From positions 1-13,223 of the forward strand of contig NW_021826416.1 in assembly GCF_006345805.1 (NCBI RefSeq): a DNA stretch of 13,223 nt. The letters run 5' to 3'. Below the pieces are notes generated by a model, which searched no databases, was not told where the DNA came from, and was given only the letters and a program-made list of their open reading frames with translations. Below are positions 9,848-13,223 of the stretch, piece after piece. Both the position numbers and the translations under genes were made by a program. The stretch's first letter is position 1; each line of letters opens with the position of its first letter. The DNA comes from Octopus sinensis. Taxonomy: Eukaryota.

Positions 9848-10230
9848 GGTTAAAGTATAATGACAAATAAAGTCTACCTTGCAAACGGATAATATATTTT
9901 CTTCGCATATTCAAAGATGTTCGTCAGAATAACAACTTTGTATGTCCTAAAGGTGTGAGCAATATTCAAATAGGATTCGTACTTGTTAAACTTGCTAAAG
10001 TTTCACCAATACCAATTCCAAGATGGACGTCTTGCTGTAAGATGTAATTTTCAAGTATTGTATTGGTTTGGATTACTTTGATATATCGCATGGAATAACG
10101 ACGCCGAGCATTTGAAGTGAAATGTTGGATGTTAGCAATGCATTTGTTCATATGTAATAAACGTAAAAACTAGCACCATATACAAGTAAGGATAGCCTGC
10201 TTCTATAATTACATATAATCTTAATATCGA

Positions 10231-10420
10231 TAGAAGGACGTTGAGCTGACATAGTCTTTACCACGTCGGACATTTTGAGTTCAAATTCGACCGAGAGAGA
10301 CACTGCCATTCATTTCTTTCGGGGTCGATAAAATAAGCACCAGTCGAGAACGAGGGGCAATGTAGTCGACTTTCTCACTAATCAAAATTGCTGCCTCATA
10401 CAAAAAATAAGCAAAGAATT
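10231..10420 (+). mobile_element. Degenerate tRNA-derived SINE, family 'C' (A-like head and central domain, different tail)
   Basis: GAGTTCAAATTC B-box, CTTTCGGGGTCGATAAAATAAGCACCAGT central domain, and AAAATTGCTGCC tail. Confidence 0.65.
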
Positions 10421-10433
10421 TTAATATCGACCG

Positions 10434-10642
10434 AAGAACGGTGAGCTAGCAGAACCTTTAACAAAATGCTTTGCAGCTTTTCAGCTCTAGACTTTCTGAA
10501 TGCAAATTAAACCGAAATGGACCTTGCTTTTATCCATTTAGGGTCGATAAAATAAGTACCAATCTAGTACTGAGGCCGATGTAATAGACTTGCCCTCTCC
10601 CCTCAAAATTCCAAACCTTGTGCTTCTACCAGAAAGAACTAT
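10434..10642 (+). mobile_element. Degenerate tRNA-derived SINE, family 'C', second copy in tandem
   Basis: GGTGAGCTAGCAGAA head, GGGTCGATAAAATAAGTACC central domain, and CTTGCCCTCTCCCCTCAAAATT..CCTTGTGC tail. Confidence 0.7.
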
Positions 10643-10900
10643 TATCGACCGTTCTACAGTAAAGAATGCTGGCGATGATAGCAGTGTGTATGTGCTGATA
10701 GTGACGACAAGTGTTGTGTATATCAGTGGCGATTGATGGTATATTAATCGATGGGAAAAACCGATATGAAATTCAATCAAGCTTGAACTTTCAGTTAACG
10801 TCTCCCTCCTGGACCGAATACAAATTTAATATTTGGATTTTTGACGCCCGGCTCTACAAGGTCATTACTTTTTATTATTTCTAATCAATGTACTCAACAG

Positions 10901-10994
10901 AGTAGACATGTTATCTGAGACATGCGTAGAAATAGTGTCCGGCTGCGAGGATGTCAATGTGTCCGTGTGAATGCGTATCTGCCGCATGTTCTCA
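10901..10994 (+). other. Candidate 94-nt exon (5'UTR/start-codon exon or non-coding exon)
   Basis: T-rich tract, branch-point CTAAT (10881-10885), CAG acceptor (10898-10900) and donor GTAAGT (10995-11000). The internal ATG at 10922 is open to the donor (MRRNSVRLRGCQCVRVNAYLPHVL). Confidence 0.35.
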
Positions 10995-11119
10995 GTAAGT
11001 CTATAACACCTCGGTAAAAAGAATGTTCAAATGCATGTCTCTTCATAAAACGCCCTGAAATCGCGTCCACACATATACACATATGTTTATGTAGGATAAT
11101 GTGTGTTGAGTATGTGCAA

Positions 11120-11157
11120 GCATATATATTCACTCACATACACACACAAACATACTC

Positions 11158-11200
<43 letters not shown>

Positions 11201-11615
11201 CATATATATACATACACATATATATATGTAATTTTTATCCTATCTTTAAAATTAATATATATGTATATATATGGATAGTGTATGCATATACCATATATAT
11301 ATATATGTATATACATTTTATATATACATACACACACACAGGCATATATTTATATTATATATGCATTCAATCATATATATATATATATACATATATATAA
11401 CATACAACATATATATATATGTAATTTTTATCCTATTTTAAAATTATATATATATGTATATATATAAGTGTATGCATATACATATATATATATATGTATA
11501 TACATATTTATATATACATACACACACACAGGCATATATTTATATATATATGCATTCAATCATATATATATATATATACATATACATACATGTGTGTGTT
11601 TTGCGTGCGTGTGTG
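11120..11615. repeat. Low-complexity CA/TA tract with a tandem duplication of about 190 bp
   Basis: GTAATTTTTATCCTAT at 11228 and 11421; CACACACACAGGCATATATTTATA at 11331 and 11521; TGCATTCAATCA at 11362 and 11551. Confidence 0.9.
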
Positions 11616-12079
11616 TGTGTGGACGAGATGACAAAAGACCGGAACCAAACGGTAAATACGATGGAATAGAAGTGAATCAATAAATAAAGCAAAAACCAAA
11701 AAAAATAAACAAGTGAAGAATATAGAAGAAAAGAACAGAAATAGATGTATAAAAAAATACGATACAAACTAGACAAATGCCGTAGGTGCGAACTTCAGTA
11801 TCCTTATCTTTTTCTCTCTTTCTAGTATTTTGATAACTTAATATTTTGAGCAGGTTTTTCTTTGTCTTGTTATTGCTCTGCTTTCTATTTCAGTAAAAAG
11901 AATTGTGTATTTATTTTCTGTGCTGCGCTGAATGTTTTCTGTTTAAAATGCGAAGTGTAATATTTCTTTTTAGCGGGTAAGAAAAGAAAAAAAAGATGCA
12001 AGGAAAGAGAAAGTAAAAAAATAAAATACTGAAAACGTACTTTGAATACAATATTTTCCTGGTCGGTTTACAAATGCAC

Positions 12080-12252
12080 TCACACAGACTCACACAAACA
12101 CACACACACAAACACACACACAAACACACATGCAAACACAGACACATGAGTGCATACATGTATGTATATCTTGTGTATCTATGTGTATCATGCATACATA
12201 TGTACTATAGGCGTACATATACATACATACATACATATATATATATATAGAT

Positions 12253-12293
<41 letters not shown>

Positions 12294-12420
12294 TAAGCAC
12301 ATATATAAATATATAGATATATACATGTATATATGTATGCGAGTATGTATATGTTTGTCTATACCCACGCACACACGTGCATACACACACATATATGTGT
12401 ATATATATATATATATGTAC
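12080..12420. repeat. Compound (CA)/(TA)/(GA)/(GACA) microsatellite
   Basis: Direct reading. Confidence 0.9.
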
Positions 12421-12444
12421 TTATATGGATATTTTCTTTTCCCT

Positions 12445-12553
12445 TTTTTTATTTCTTTCTGACATTTGACTGCGACCATGCTGGAGCACCGCCTGTAGTC
12501 GAACAACGGAATTTACGGAATTTCAACTCAGAACGTAGAGGCAGACGAAATAC
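12445..12553 (-). mobile_element. Chimeric SINE piece: partial family 'A' head joined to family 'B' 3' tail
   Basis: 12516-12553 matches 12701-12738 at 36/38 nt. 12464-12494 is identical to 7332-7362. Confidence 0.8.
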
Positions 12554-12789
12554 ATATTTCTTTACTACCCACAAGGGGCTCAGCACAGAGAGGACAAACA
12601 AGGACAAGCAAACGGATTAAGTATATTATATCGACCTCAGTGCGTAACTGGTACTTACTTAATCGATTCCGAAAGGATGAAAGGCAAAGTCGACCGTCCT
12701 CGGAATTTGAACTCAGAACGTAGCGGCAGACGAAATACCACTAAGCATTTCGCCCGGCTTGCTAACGGTTCTGCCAGCTCGCCACCTTA
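12554..12789 (-). mobile_element. Full-length family 'A' tRNA-derived SINE
   Basis: Its reverse complement is collinear with 9597-9847 from TAAGGTGGCGAGCTGGCA to GTAAAGAAATA. A-box TGGCAGAACCG and B-box GAGTTCAAATTCC are present. Confidence 0.95.
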
Positions 12790-13223
12790 AGTGCTCAATA
12801 TGTGATATTCACGAGCTTATTGTTGAAAAACGCAAACTCATAATTTTCATGTCAAATGGAAAATTCTCAAAAACGTAAATACTATTCATGTTGATGACGT
12901 TATAGAAACTTATGAACTGTCGAGAGAACATGAAATAATTAGTTTTTGGAAGTGGATCTCGAAGCATGCATAAAATTGTAAATATTAGCATGGAAATATT
13001 GGACAGAAAAAAAAAACTATTTTTGCCGCCTTGGACTTTTCTATCCAAAATAGTTTTTTAACGCAATATTTATGTTATTATTTATAGCTTTATGTGTGCT
13101 TCGAGATCCACGGTTCCCGAAAAGAATTCTTGCAATTTCCCGTATTTCATTCTCTTCAGAACCACTTTTTCTTTTTCTTCTTTCTTCTTTCGTATCCTCT
13201 TTCTTTTTCTTCTTTTTTTTCCT

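Noticed and set aside
9878-9993. Minus-strand open frame KFNKYESYLNIAHTFRTYKVVILTNIFEYAKKIYYPFAR ending at AAG|GTAGAC
   Set aside because: Weak donor, purine-rich acceptor region and no homology; not distinguishable from chance.
10660-10736. Plus-strand frame KNAGDDSSVYVLIVTTSVVYISGD* resembling a transmembrane exon after a TTCTACAG acceptor
   Set aside because: The hydrophobic stretch is short, it ends in an early stop, and the acceptor overlaps the SINE flank.

Overview
AT-rich, microsatellite-dense eukaryotic DNA, mostly intronic or intergenic. The interspersed repeats resemble the tRNA-derived SINE families of octopus, so an Octopus-like cephalopod origin is inferred. No known protein-coding gene is recognisable, and nearly all ORF-track entries are translations of (TA)n/(CA)n/(GATA)n runs. 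About ten full or partial tRNA-derived SINE copies from at least three families are present, in both orientations. One has a target-site duplication, and one is a chimeric A-A'-B array. The most unusual signal is a degenerate Penelope-type minimal (type I) hammerhead ribozyme motif at 811-859. Its 3' half reappears as a 35-bp inverted copy at 1678-1712 (32/35 identity), bracketing about 800 bp of non-microsatellite sequence. A few weak candidate exons (1-43, 348-388 minus, 6132-6361, 10901-10994) rest only on splice signals and open frames.
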